A stretch of 64,000 nucleotides of DNA from Octopus vulgaris. Lineage: Eukaryota. Location of the stretch: positions 16,430,001 to 16,494,000 of the forward strand of contig OX597837.1 of the NCBI GenBank assembly GCA_951406725.2, written 5' to 3'. The notes under the pieces are model-generated. The model was given only the letters and a program-made list of their open reading frames with translations. It made no database searches and was not told the origin of the DNA. Each line of letters starts with the position of its first letter. The stretch's first letter is position 1. The translations under genes were made by a program, and so were the position numbers. Below are positions 14,075 through 26,089 of the stretch, in pieces.

Positions 14075-15450
14075 ACATGCTAGTGCGCCAGCGAGACAAG
14101 TCTGACGTCATGCACACCAGAATGATGCCTTGTGCAGAATGCCATACTGACCATTGCAAACTCAAACCCCACTTCAAGCCCAAACCAACAAAAAAGACAG
14201 GACCGGCCAACAAGAAAAAACTAGCGATCTGCAGATAAATGAAGCTTGATAAATCCAATCATCCTTCAAATCCCCCTCCAGAAATCCTATGGGAACAACT
14301 GAAAACCACCGTCCTACACATCTCTGCAGAAATCCTTGGGTTTATGAAGAAAAAGAACAAGGATTGGTTGGATGAAAACAATGTTCTGATCCAGGAATTA
14401 TTAAAGAAGAAGAGGTCTGTCCACCAAGCATACCTGGCACAACTGACCTGCCATGAGAAGAAAGTGGCCTTTCGCCAAGCCTGCAGCTTTCTGCAGCACA
14501 AACTCTGTGAATTTCAGAATGAGTGGTGAACCAACCTTGCATGGAGAACCCAGCCATGCACTGACTCTGGCAACTATAAGGGGTTCTATGAAGCTCTCAA
14601 AGCAGTCTATGGCCCAGCACATCAAGTCCAGAGTCCCCTGCATAGCTCAGATGGCCAAGCACTTCTCACAGACACACTCATCCAACCTCAACCGCTGGTC
14701 TGATTACTTTCAGGTCCTCTTCAGTGCAAACTGAGTTGTCCAGGAAAACGCAATCCTCCACATCCAGCAGCAAGCAGAGTGAAATTAGATGAGCCTCCAA
14801 CCCTGGAAGAGACCACAGTTGCCATAGGCTGGCCGAAGAACAGAAAAGCAGCAGGAGTTGATGGCATGGGGGTCCTGTCATACATGCTAAACTTCATGAG
14901 CTCCTCATTGCATGCTGGGAACAGGGTAAGTTGCCACAAGATCTCCGCAATGCTGTCATCATTACACTATACAAAAACAAAGGGGAAATGTCAGACTGCT
15001 CAAACTACTGGGGGATCACCCTGCTTTCCATTGGCGGGAAAAGTTCTAGCGAGACTACTCCTCAACAGACTTGTTCTGTCCATCACCGAACATCCATCTT
15101 CCAGAAAACCAAAGTGGTTTCAGGCCTAACAGATATGGCTTTCGTTCTCAGGAAGCTCCAGGAAAAGTGTCGGAAGCAAAACAAACCACTTTATGTAACA
15201 TTTGTTGATCTGACGAAAGTGTTCAACACTGTGAGCAGGAAAAGTCTGTGGCAGATCCTAAACCGACTTGGCTGTCTCCCAAAATTCCTAACCATAATCA
15301 TCCAGCTTCATGAAGACCAGCAAGGATAAGTCCACCTGAAAAGTGACATATCAGAGCCATTCTCAATCAACAATGGTGTGAAGTAGGGCTATGTCCAATT
15401 CTCTTCAGCATGATACTCAAGCAGGCCACTGCAGATGGCATCTACATCAA
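14075..15450 (+). mobile_element. RTE-clade (BovB-like) LINE fragment, pseudogenised RT
   Basis: ORF pieces KNKDWLDENNVLIQ, PQDLRNAVIITLYKNKGEMSDCSNYWGITLLSI and LQEKCRKQNKPLYVTFVDLTKVFNTVSR; multiple frameshifts. Confidence 0.9.
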
Positions 15451-18355
15451 GTACATGTAAAACGAAGAAGACAAATAAAATCATCATCATTTCAGATGTT
15501 TCCCAGTGTTGGCAGAGGTTGGATGGTTGAGCAGGAACCAATAAGGCAAAGGACTGAGTTGAGCTCCAATTGTCTCTTTTGCCAGGGTTTCTACAGCTGG
15601 GTGCCCTTTCAAATGTCAATCACCTTACAGAGTGTGGATCGGGTGCTTTAGAGAAAGAGAGAAATATACACATGGACACAACATAGGTACGAAAATTCAT
15701 ATTCAATAGCAAAAAAGAAACAAAAAAAAAAGTTCAGGAGAAAAGTGAAATAAGAGAAACACAAGCGTTTTTTTTTTATATTATTTTTGTTGATTATATT
15801 TTTTTTTTCAAACTGAAGAAGTCTTTCCAGAATGTTCTTTACACATTTAATAATTAAAGTATAATGTCTGTCTTCTTTATCATTGTTAATATTATTCCAT
15901 TAAGGTGAGGGTTAAATTTCTCAGCTAAAAAAATAACAAAGAAATTGCAGGCTAACAGAAGAGAACCAAGCTCACCAGAGGGCTATCCAAAGATTTTGTG
16001 AGTGTAAAAAAAAAGGGGGAGGGGAAGGATTGGAGAGGGAGGAAACACCCTGGAGCCATTAAAAATAGCAGTTTGTATTTTTTCTTTTACTTGGGACGGT
16101 TTGTGAGAATTGTTAACCAGCCAGTCAGAGAAAATTTGCAATAAACATACAGTAAATAATGAAAAGAAAAACAAACAAAAACGAGCGATAGCAAGGAGGG
16201 GGGGGGAGAAGAAAGAGAGAATGATAGATAATGTGTGTGTTTTTAATACAATGTTACCTTGTTGAAATATTGCCAACAAGATTGGAAGTCAACCAGTCAG
16301 AAACAGTGGAGTAACCTATGCAATCAACATTAATTTTGCATTCTAAGCAAATTTTTCCACCCATATAAATAAAAAGTTAGGCCAAAAATGACTAAAAATA
16401 AAAGTTAACCTCGATAATTTCATCTTATCCCTAAAATTGTCTCCAGCCTTGGGTCATTCAGAAAAAAATATCCTTAGAGTAGTTTCTCCTTCATTCTTAA
16501 ATTCTTTTATCGGTTCCTTTTATTTAATTAACAAAACCTAGCTAGATACAGGCAAAAGATTTTGAGACAAACTTGTTCTGAGAAAAATAAATATTACTTC
16601 TAATAATAATATTACATTAATAGTAAGAATCCTTTCTACGAGAGGCACAAGGCCAGGAAATATGTGGAAGGGGGTTGATTACATGACCCCCCCACCCCCC
16701 GGAAGGCAGAGCCAAACTTTGCAGAATTTGAACACAGAACATAAAGACAAATGAAATACCACTAAACATTCTGTCCAGTGTCCTAACGATTATGTCAGCC
16801 CAAAGCCAGCAATTATAGAGAAGAGACAGTGTTGTTGATACCATTAACCTAATCAGTATTTGACCAGTACTTTGTTTCACTGACCCCCACTGAAAAACAT
16901 TGTAGACCTTAGTAGGATTTGAACTCATGAACTCAGAATGTAAAGAGCTAGAATAAATTCTGCAAAACATTTCTTCCCCAATGTTGTAATAGTTCTGCCA
17001 ATGCACTACAAATTACAACTGTTTCTGATTTAGTCATGAAACCAACAATTTTGGGAGAGAGGGGATACTCGTTGCCATCAACCCAGTACTTGACTAGTAC
17101 TTTATTTCACCCACCCAGAGGGATGGATGAAAGGCAATGTTACTCTTGGTAGGGTTAAAGAGCGGGAACAAATACCACAAAGAATTTATGCTTGACTGAT
17201 TCTGTCAATCTGTAATTATTCTTAATGGGACAAAATACAGTGGTGAGTCAATTATATTGACCCCAATTTTTAATAGGTACTTTAAATTATTGACTGCGCA
17301 CAAGGATAAAAATCAACAGCTGACCTCTGCAAGACTCAGAAGGTACAAAGCCATAACAGAATGTAAAGGGATCACCATCTGATGCCTGTTTTATGCTGGC
17401 ATGAGTTGAATGGTTTGACAGGGGCTGGCAAGCCAGAGGACTTTACTGAACCCGTGTTTGTTTAGGCATGGCTTCTGCAGCTGGATGCCCTTCCTAATGC
17501 CCACCACTTCAGAGAATACTGGTTGTGGCTAAATAACAGAAGACATTCTGTTCATTGCTTTACCACTCATCATTTGACAATAATGGTTTCAAATTTTGGC
17601 ACAAGACCAGCAATTTTAGGGGAGGAGTAGCCAGTACTTGACTAGTACTTTATTTTAATGATTCTGGGAGAGTCAAAGGTAAAGTTGACTTTGCTGGGAT
17701 TTGAACTCAGAATATAAGGAGTTAGAAAGCTTTTTTCCCAATGCTCTAATGAGTGTTAATCCACCAACTTTAGCAGAAGGTCAGCAGTTCTGGGGGAAGG
17801 GGTAAGTTGATTGCATCGACCCCCAGTGCTCAACTGGTACTTATTTTATCAACCCTAGAATTTTATCAACCCTAGAAGGATGCAAGGCAAAGTTGAACTC
17901 AGAACCTAAAGATGGACGAAATGCTGCTCTGCATTTTGCTCAACATGATTCACTTCCCTAAGAATAAATGTTTCTGGAATAACTTTCTACTTTAGGCACA
18001 AGGCCTGCAATTTTAGTGGAGCGAACTCATTGTCTTCATTGATCCCTAACAGCTTCAAAAGGATGAAAGGGAAAGTTGACCTCAAACTGTTTCTATGCCA
18101 CGGCTTGGTTCTAGCTATAAATAAGAATTTTCTTTTAATTTGTAAAAAAAACAAAAAGAAATAACTAAAAAAGGAAATCAATGAATGCTTAATACTTCTT
18201 AAGATCCACCCCAGTCCCTAAATCTACCCCACTCCAACAATTGAATTGTAAGAAGCAGAAACGATTTAATAATATTTGCATAGATAAATTATTTTGCTCA
18301 TTTGTATATTCAAAATAAAATTCCTATCAGAAAAATCCTTTTTATTAAATAATTA

Positions 18356-18939
18356 GGATCTTTACCTTTTGACCTACGATTTAAAAAATAATTTTTTGTA
18401 ACTAAACACTTTCAAACTTCAGACACTGGTAGAATGTGTCATATAAAACATCTTTTACTCTTAGCATTTTTTGAGAAAAACTTATATTTACGAAGTTATT
18501 TCACATTAAAGTTGTCCTATTTCAGTAATTTCAACCAATCAATGACGTGTATTCAGCTGAATAAAATTACTGCCGTTGTTTGTCAACAACAACTATTGGC
18601 GGTGTATAATTCGTTTGTCACTTTTATGACATCAATGGTGCGTTTGTACTGGTTTTAGCTTTAAGGTTGTCAACAGTGACAAACGAATTATACACCGCCA
18701 ATAGTTGTTGTTGACAAACAACAGCAGTAATTTTATTCAGCTGAATACACGTCATTGATTGGTTGAAATTACCGAAATACGAGAACTTTAACTTGAAATA
18801 ACTTCGTATAAAAGTTTTTCTCAAAAATGCTAAGAGTAAAAGATGTTTTATATGACACATTCTACCAGTGTCCGAAGTTTGAAAGTGTTTAGTTACATAA
18901 AATTATTTTTTAAATCTGTAGGTCAAAAGGTAAAGATCC
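18356..18939. mobile_element. Foldback MITE: ~265-bp inverted arms with a ~52-bp spacer
   Basis: Arms 18356-18622 and 18675-18939 are highly similar reverse complements (mirror ORFs MCHIKHLLLLAF). Termini ggatc/gatcc; flanks aataatta / aattatta (possible 8-bp TSD with one mismatch). Confidence 0.9.
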
Positions 18940-19358
18940 AATTATTATAATTGCCTTTTGAAAATACATTCGACAAAAACGGATAATTTTTGAAGAATAA
19001 ATCTACACCTAACAACAAAAAAACTTATAGGTTGTCGACTGCCTTTAATACTTCAAGATTTTTCTTGTGTGTCATTTTAAGAAATCAAACCCTGTAAACA
19101 ATAAATTTTAACTGATAAAAAACTTATGTTTTAAACCTGTCTATGAAGCCCATGCAGTTTGTTTTAAGTATCCAATACCTGCTCTGGTGATGATACATGA
19201 GATAATAATCTTTGGAAACAGGAAGACACTCCCTGCCAATATATGTGTGTGTGTGTATGTATGCACACACACACATATCATACATACATATGTCATGATG
19301 CATGTGTGTGAACATACATATACCATATACACAATTGATATTTATATATATATATATA

Positions 19359-19494
19359 CTTTATTTAAAAGCAGCAGTTACTCCAAGTAACAGGTTTTGT
19401 TGAATTTCTGCTGCTTTTAAATAAAGCATATTACCTCTACCCCTGGTATTTGAGTACTCTTCTTTTCCTTGTTTCACATTTATGTGTTTACTCC

Positions 19495-19500
<6 letters not shown>
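19359..19500. repeat. Short palindromic pLTR-like remnant
   Basis: 19-bp perfect inverted repeat ctttatttaaaagcagcag, followed by the same aataaagcatattac...ggtatttgagtact tail as at 9515-9555. Confidence 0.55.
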
Positions 19501-19548
<48 letters not shown>

Positions 19549-19699
19549 AACATATATCAAATATGATATATATATAATAAGTATTTCATATATATATACA
19601 TATATGTATATACACACACACATGTATCATATATATATATATATATATATAATACATATCACAAAACAAACCTTCAAGAGCTAATGAATACCAGAGAGG

Positions 19700-21829
19700 G
19701 TAAAAGCCTAGAGTGGTTACATTTGCAAAGCTAGAATGAATGATAGTCTAGGTAAAGTTTCTATGATGATGATGGTGGTAGTGTCAGTGGTGATGGTGGC
19801 AGCGGTGACAGCAAAGGAAGAGCAGAATGGAAATGGGATGGGAATAAATAAAATGTAACTGGATGATAAGTGAAAGGGAGAGAGGAAAATGAAATGAAAA
19901 CACACACACACACATTTAAAAGAAATGTTTTAGAAAATTTTAAACTGCTAAACTGTTTGAAAGAAACAAGAAAAAACAAAAACATAGAACCAGAAAATGG
20001 CAGAAGACAAGATGAAAGGAAAAGGTGGGGAAAAAACAATTTCTGGAGGGGATGACTAAGTGGGTGTTTGTTATTTTTCATTTTTTTGTATTTTTTTTTT
20101 TTTTACACCAGTTGATAATGGCTGTGGTAATGATGATTATGATGTTAATGATATTATTGATGATAATATGATGATGAGAAAAGGTTAAATAAAATTAGGG
20201 TTTAGAAGGAAAGAGACAAAATACAAAATGTTTAAAATCAGAAGGATCAAAAAAAAAAACAACAAAAATCAGAAAATGGAAAAGTAAAAAGTAAATTGAC
20301 TGAAACGAAGATGATTGCATTAAGAAAAAATATTTAAAAAAAAAATATACAAATGAAGATATTTAAATTAATTGGCCAGTTTTTTAGTTATTTTTTTTTT
20401 ACTCATTTTTTATCTTTTGCAGTTTTTCCAAATTTTGCCCACTTTTTCTCTCCATATTTTTATTTCATTAATGTTTTATCTTTTATATTTTTTTTTTTAC
20501 TCCTGCCTATTTTTTTGCTTTTTTTGTTTTTAATGACAGAAATATATTTTAAGGTCTCTTACTTACTCCTTGTTTCAACAGTCAACTTTAAAGAAGACAG
20601 TAGTTTTAATTATTATTATTCGTCATTACTGACGTGCATGGGGGAATAGGTGGGAAGGAGGGGAGGAAGGGCTACATATGCACACAACGCCTCAGATATT
20701 TATTACAGTTTTGTACGGAGAAAGTAGGGGCTGTAACAGGACAGAGCAGGGAAGAGAGGTGGCAGGGGAAACGAAATTGTTTTTGACGATTAATCCCTTT
20801 CTCAGGGGCATTAATTAGGTGATGCTAGGTGATGTGAAACCAAAGGAAGTGAAGTGAAACACTTCTGAACCAGGATTCAAAACCAAGCCACAGACTTGAC
20901 TTGCCTCATCCCACAGAACTTACACACGCTTCTTTCGACAATGCTTCACCACCACACAGTTCAAGTGTCTAGTCATATATTTTATTTTTTATTATTTTTT
21001 TTTGTTATTTTTGTTTCAAAAGGCCAGTTTCAAATTGAGTGCCAAGTTTCTCCGAGATTTGACATTGAGTATCTCTCCAACACACATATTCCAAGTGACA
21101 AAATCTTATAGTAAACACCCAGTTCCAATGTTGAATTGGATTGACAATTTAGAATTGAGGTTATTGTCCTTAAGTCTTTTTTTTCTTTTCATCATAAAAT
21201 CCTCCAATTTCTGTAACTTTTCTCTTCTGTGAGAATTTTTATTTTTTGTGTGTTTGCTTTGTTATTTTCTGCTTGTTGTTGTATTATTCTCTCAACAAAA
21301 ATAATTTTTGGTAAAAAGGAAAACAAAAAAAAAAGATAAAATGTCAACATGCAACTTAAAACTGCCATTTTTTTCAAGACATTTATCATTATTAATTATC
21401 AATAACTATTAATATTAATAATATCAGTTTTTTTTTCCTTTTAATTTCAGTTCTTTTTGTTTTGTTTTGTCAGTTTATCAGCAGAGTTAAGCTGGAATAA
21501 ATTTAATAAAAAAAAAAAAATTTTTTTTTTTTACATGTTTTGTTGTGTCTTAACAGCAGCAAGCAACAGCAGCCAGCCAGCCATTGCACACTACTGCACA
21601 CATGCATGCACCAATGCAGCATGATGAAAAAAAAAAATGAAATGAAAATAACTGAGCAAAAAAAAAAAACAGAAGTGTTAAGTTGTTAAAAGCCAGCCAG
21701 AGAGAGAGAGAGAGAAAGAAAGAGAGAGAGAGAGACAAGCTAAATTTAGGAGTCTACTGGTGCCATGGAGACAGGAGGAGATGGCACCGCCTGGCCTGAG
21801 ATCATGGAACCGCCAAAAATAAAAATGTT
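19700..21829 (-). other. Probable Siah 3'UTR (TE-free, low-complexity A/U-rich)
   Basis: About 2.1 kb directly after the stop with no SINE/LINE copies that I can recognise, unlike the introns; the 3' boundary is uncertain. Confidence 0.55.
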
Positions 21830-22007
21830 TTAGCATGTAGAAATGGTAACGTTGATCCCCAAGTTTCCATGGTCGGCAAATAACTGGGCTATGTTGGTGT
21901 CGAATACCAAGCAGTCACTACTTAGAATGGCAGATTGAACACCGTCATGGATGCTGCGTGGTGTGGCCTCCCAAGTAAGTCGTCTCCGATGACCACTTAG
22001 TTCTAAT
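21830..22007 (-). CDS. Siah1: Siah last coding exon ([58 protein letters not shown])
   Basis: Hand translation matches the SIAH1 C-terminus; ttaccag| acceptor; TAA stop at 21830-21832. Confidence 0.97.
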
Positions 22008-23736
22008 CTGGTAATGGAATCAAAGTTTCAGCATTAGACAATAACAACAAAACAGTCTTGAAGAATTTAAAATAACATACAACAAAGGATGAGGGTTAAA
22101 AAGATTGTCACTATGTAGTTCCAGGTTCAACTCCAGTGAGAAGTACAGCCACTTGGACAAGTGTCCTGCATAATTTTTGGATTCATCGATGCCATGCAAC
22201 TAGAATTTCTTAGAAGGTAACTTTTGAGAATCTCAGTATGTGTGTGTTTAAGTGGATGCTTGTGGCTTGATTCCACTGAGAAGCACAACCACTTGGATGT
22301 GTTCTCTTTTATCTTCGGGCTGAGCAATGCTTTCTGATTGCAATCTGGTAGAAAGAAACTGTGCAGAAGCCCATTGTGCATGGGGGTTTGTTTACATTTG
22401 CACTCAATGAATGTCATCAGTTACAAACAGCATCATTGTTGCCATTTCTGCTACCAACAATTTGTCCATTTGTAAACAGGAAAGGTATCGGCTTGTAAAA
22501 GAATGCATCAATAATATGTAAGTCTAATACAAGTCAGAATGGAAAAACATATGTAAAAACCCAAAACTGAATGTTTGTGTGTGTGGTTGACTGGGTTAAG
22601 AAGTTTATTTCGCAATCACAAAGTTCCAAGTTTGATCCAGCTACACGTCATGGGCAAACATCATTTTTGGTCTCTTCAGGTTGATCCCATCTTGAGAGTG
22701 AAATTGGGGAGATGTAAACTGTGTAGAAACATGTCGAGTGGATTGTAACAATAATTCCAAAAGCTACAGCCTGGCCAGACACTGTGATGTGTTGATTCTG
22801 CCACAGAATTAGATTAAAATCCTTTTGATACCAATCTGCCTCAGCTGCCTGACACTGTCTCTGGGTTCTATGATACAAACTTCCACCTTTAAAGTAATCT
22901 AAATTAATATCTACCACCAAAATTTCCTAAACACTAGCTTCATAATGAATTATTTTACTAAATTCTTTATTAATTTTTTGAAATTAATTAGACCAAAGGC
23001 AATATATTTCACTGAAATAACGACAACAAAAGGGTTAAGGTACATGTAACAGTGAAATGCTCAACAACTTAATGTTAATTGCTCGTTGAATTGCACGTTC
23101 ATTCAATGAGCAGGTAATTTAGTTGATCAAACAACAGAGAGCCATTTATTGTGATCATCATTATCATCAATGTCCATTTTTCATAGTGGTATGGGATGGG
23201 CATTTTGTAAAGAATTCAAAGGGCTCAGGAACTGCATTGTGCTCCAATGTCTCTTTTTGGCATGGTTTCTATGGCTGGATGCTCTTCCAAATGCCAACCA
23301 CTTAAGTGTACTGAATGCTTTTTTCATGGCACCAGTACTTGTGAGGTTACCATGTAGTTTGTAAGACTACAAACCCAGAATGAGTAGTTTTAAGCTAGGA
23401 GATGAAGGATATAGACATGAAAGAAGGGGCCACAGCAGAGCAGGCTTCTTGCTGTAGAGGAGCTACAGGACTACTCACATTTTAGAAGAGAGGGAAGAAG
23501 CAATCAGGTGAAGCTGGAAATAGTGGTGATGAGGTGTTAGGGTGGATCTTCAAGGTACAAAGTGAGGCAGAGGGACCAGGAGTGTGGATGAATGAAAGTT
23601 GCACAATAGTATTAGTGAGGGGAAATCATCCATCACTTGGTGGCTGCAATGGTGTGCTGACAGGAGCACACTGTTGCAGTGGGACAAGAAGATCTCTCAA
23701 ATCCACACTATCAACTCTAGTGTATTCCCAGGCTTT

Positions 23737-23965
23737 TACCCTTTAGCATTTAAACCAGCTACATCTGGCCAAAATAGTCTCCCTTTTTCAAATTGCTCAA
23801 ACTGGTTGGATCCAATGTCTTACATCTACCCTACAATGTTAGTCTAAAAAGTATACAGCCACATAATTGAAATTTCAAGGCTACAAGATGATGCAGGATA
23901 AATTCAAAACAATGTGAATAAATAAGGATTACATTTGATTGAGTAATCTGAATGCTAAAGAGTTT
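23737..23965. mobile_element. piggyBac-like MITE (TTAA-CCCT-type termini); related copies at 22818-23038, 35686-35913 and 46676-46893
   Basis: Termini accctttagcatt / aatgctaaagagtt; internal caaaacaatgtgaataaataag shared with the 46.7-kb copy. Confidence 0.55.
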
Positions 23966-24313
23966 GTTTCCCTACTTCACGTGCATCAACAGCCCTTCTC
24001 ACTGTCACCACCAACAAAGCCCACTCATATGCAAATGAGATGTCCCTGCATTACTCCATACCTTTCTCTATCCCAAACCCTTCAAATTGGAGTGTGTTGT
24101 GGGCAATTTTATACCAATCAGTTGGGTGTCCTCTCCTTGGATGAGGTCTGTGTGTGTGTATGCATGTATAATAATGGAAGAACAATCACATGTGAGAGCT
24201 GTATGCCCAGGTGGACCTCACTTAAGAACCACAATTTAAACTTTAACGGACTCAAAAACCAAAAGTCTTGAGAGAAACCAGTCAAATATTGGGGGGAAAA
24301 AAGGTTTTGTTAC

Positions 24314-24506
24314 CTGTAAGCAAAGTTTTCTGCTTGCTTCCTTGTACCAATCAACTGTACAATGGCATAGAACATCTGCAAGCCATCTATCTTCTCCTGT
24401 TTCTCTAGCACCAGCATGAAATTGTGGCCAAAACATGACTGCATCATAACCCAGTCGACAGCTCCAGGTAGATTAATATCAGTGGCCAAAAACACAATGT
24501 CTTCAC
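24314..24506 (-). CDS. Siah1: Siah exon: substrate-binding domain part 1 ([26 protein letters not shown]...QAENFAYR)
   Basis: Near-invariant Siah SBD sequence in ORF 24310-24576; ttcag| acceptor, |gtaac donor; 193 nt, phase 1-2. Confidence 0.97.
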
Positions 24507-24964
24507 CTGAACAAAAACAAGCAAAAAAAAATTTTAGAAGTAATTTTACTTCATAATTACCAAATCCCTTTAACAATGATATCCATTGCTAAGTCAATAT
24601 ATGAGCAAAATGAGGATGTTTATGACACTTATTACTAGTGAGAGGGTTACTACCTACTCCTGTATGTGACTGGTATAGCAGTTTATCATCCCAAAACAAA
24701 CAGTAAACTTAACTGTGAAATAACTCAATGAAGCCAAAACTAGTTAAAGAGTGTCTATCAATTATAGCAAAAAATATTTACATTTCTACCCCTCTCAGAT
24801 TTTCATGCAACTCATTCCAGTGTTGGTATCTATTGGCACCCAGTTATGCTAAGCTAAGCTATTCTCTCATTTTTTGATCTTTTTATTCATTCATTCAATA
24901 TTAATATGCATTATTTACTAATATCCACTTTCGTAAGTTAATTATTTAAATTGACTCTTCAATA

Positions 24965-25545
24965 TCATCATCATCGTTTAGCGTCCGCTTTCCATGCTAG
25001 CATGGGTTGGACGGTTCAACTGGGGTCTGTGAAGCCGGAAGGCTTCATCAGGCCTAGTCAGATCTGGCAGTGTTTCTACGGTTGGATGCCCTTCCTAACG
25101 CCAACCACTCCATGAGTGTAGTGGGTGCTTTTTACGTGCCACCCGCACAGGTGCCAGACAGAGCCGGCAAACGGCCACGAACGGATGGTGATTCTTATGT
25201 GCCACCGGCACGGGGGCCAGGCGAGGCTGGCAACGGACACGAACGGATGGTGCTTTTTACGTGCCACTAGCACGAGGCACGAGGCCAGTCGGGGCGGCGC
25301 TGGCAACGGTCACGAACGGATGGTTCTCTTACATGCCACCGGCACTGGTAACACATCTGCAATTTCCATTGATCGATTTCGATTCTGATCCTCACTTGCC
25401 TCAACAGGTCTTCACAAGTAGAGTTTTGTGTCCCAAGAAGGGAAGGTATGCATACGTAGGCTGGCTCCATCTCATGTAGAAGGCCACGGGTTATGGTCTC
25501 ACTTGTCCTGCCGGGTCTTCTCGCGCACAGCACACTTCCAAACTT
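24965..25545 (-). mobile_element. 5'-truncated RTE LINE 3' tail with (ATG)n end
   Basis: Same family as 39973-40500, which still encodes the LINE C-terminus. Other copies at 29350-29530, 29708-29930, 32703-32930, 36470-36930, 40580-41016, 45342-45578 and 49944-50040. Confidence 0.8.
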
Positions 25546-26089
25546 CCTGATCTCTCTCTCTCTCTCAACCTTAGTTTTCTCCTTAATTCTTCATGTAATT
25601 TCCAAATGAAATCTCTCTAAAATACCCTTAGTTCTCCTTTCCTCCTGTGTTTCCAAGTTGGCTACATATTTTTTTGTACTATCCCTTAAATAACCCTTGC
25701 TTGTTTGCGGTGTGCTGGCCATTCCCGCCCCCACCACCAATACTGGATATCTTTCTTCATTCAGCAGAATCACCCTCCCCATTGGTGGTATCCTCTATCA
25801 CACCTGCAATTTCACCTCGCTCTCTCTCTCTCTCCCCCAAGGACAAACGCAAGTAGTTTAGCAGCCCACCCACTTAATCTAACATTGGCATACTGACATT
25901 CATATTCACTTTTACTTATTTATTTCCATTTCTATCTGCAGCACCAGGAATGCTTATATTTGCAAGGTTCATAATGCTTATACTTATGCTGCTAACACTT
26001 ACTCTTACCCCCAGTGGGGGCAACAATCTTAACATGCTTGAATGATTGAATGATGACAGGTGAAAAGTGAGAACAGGTATAGCATGTCT

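Noticed and set aside
15976-16140. Additional exon ending at the donor |gtgagc (15976, minus strand)
   Set aside because: The upstream polypyrimidine tract ends in CAA rather than CAG; no convincing acceptor.
18434-18860. Two near-identical ORFs on opposite strands
   Set aside because: Mirror images produced by the foldback MITE arms; no coding signature.
21800-21832. Stop-codon read-through of Siah
   Set aside because: The TAA-A context is not a leaky stop and nothing in the sequence supports an extension.
25127-25345. Regularly spaced repeats superficially like a CRISPR array
   Set aside because: Eukaryotic LINE 3'UTR modules; the spacers are homologous to each other and there are no cas genes.
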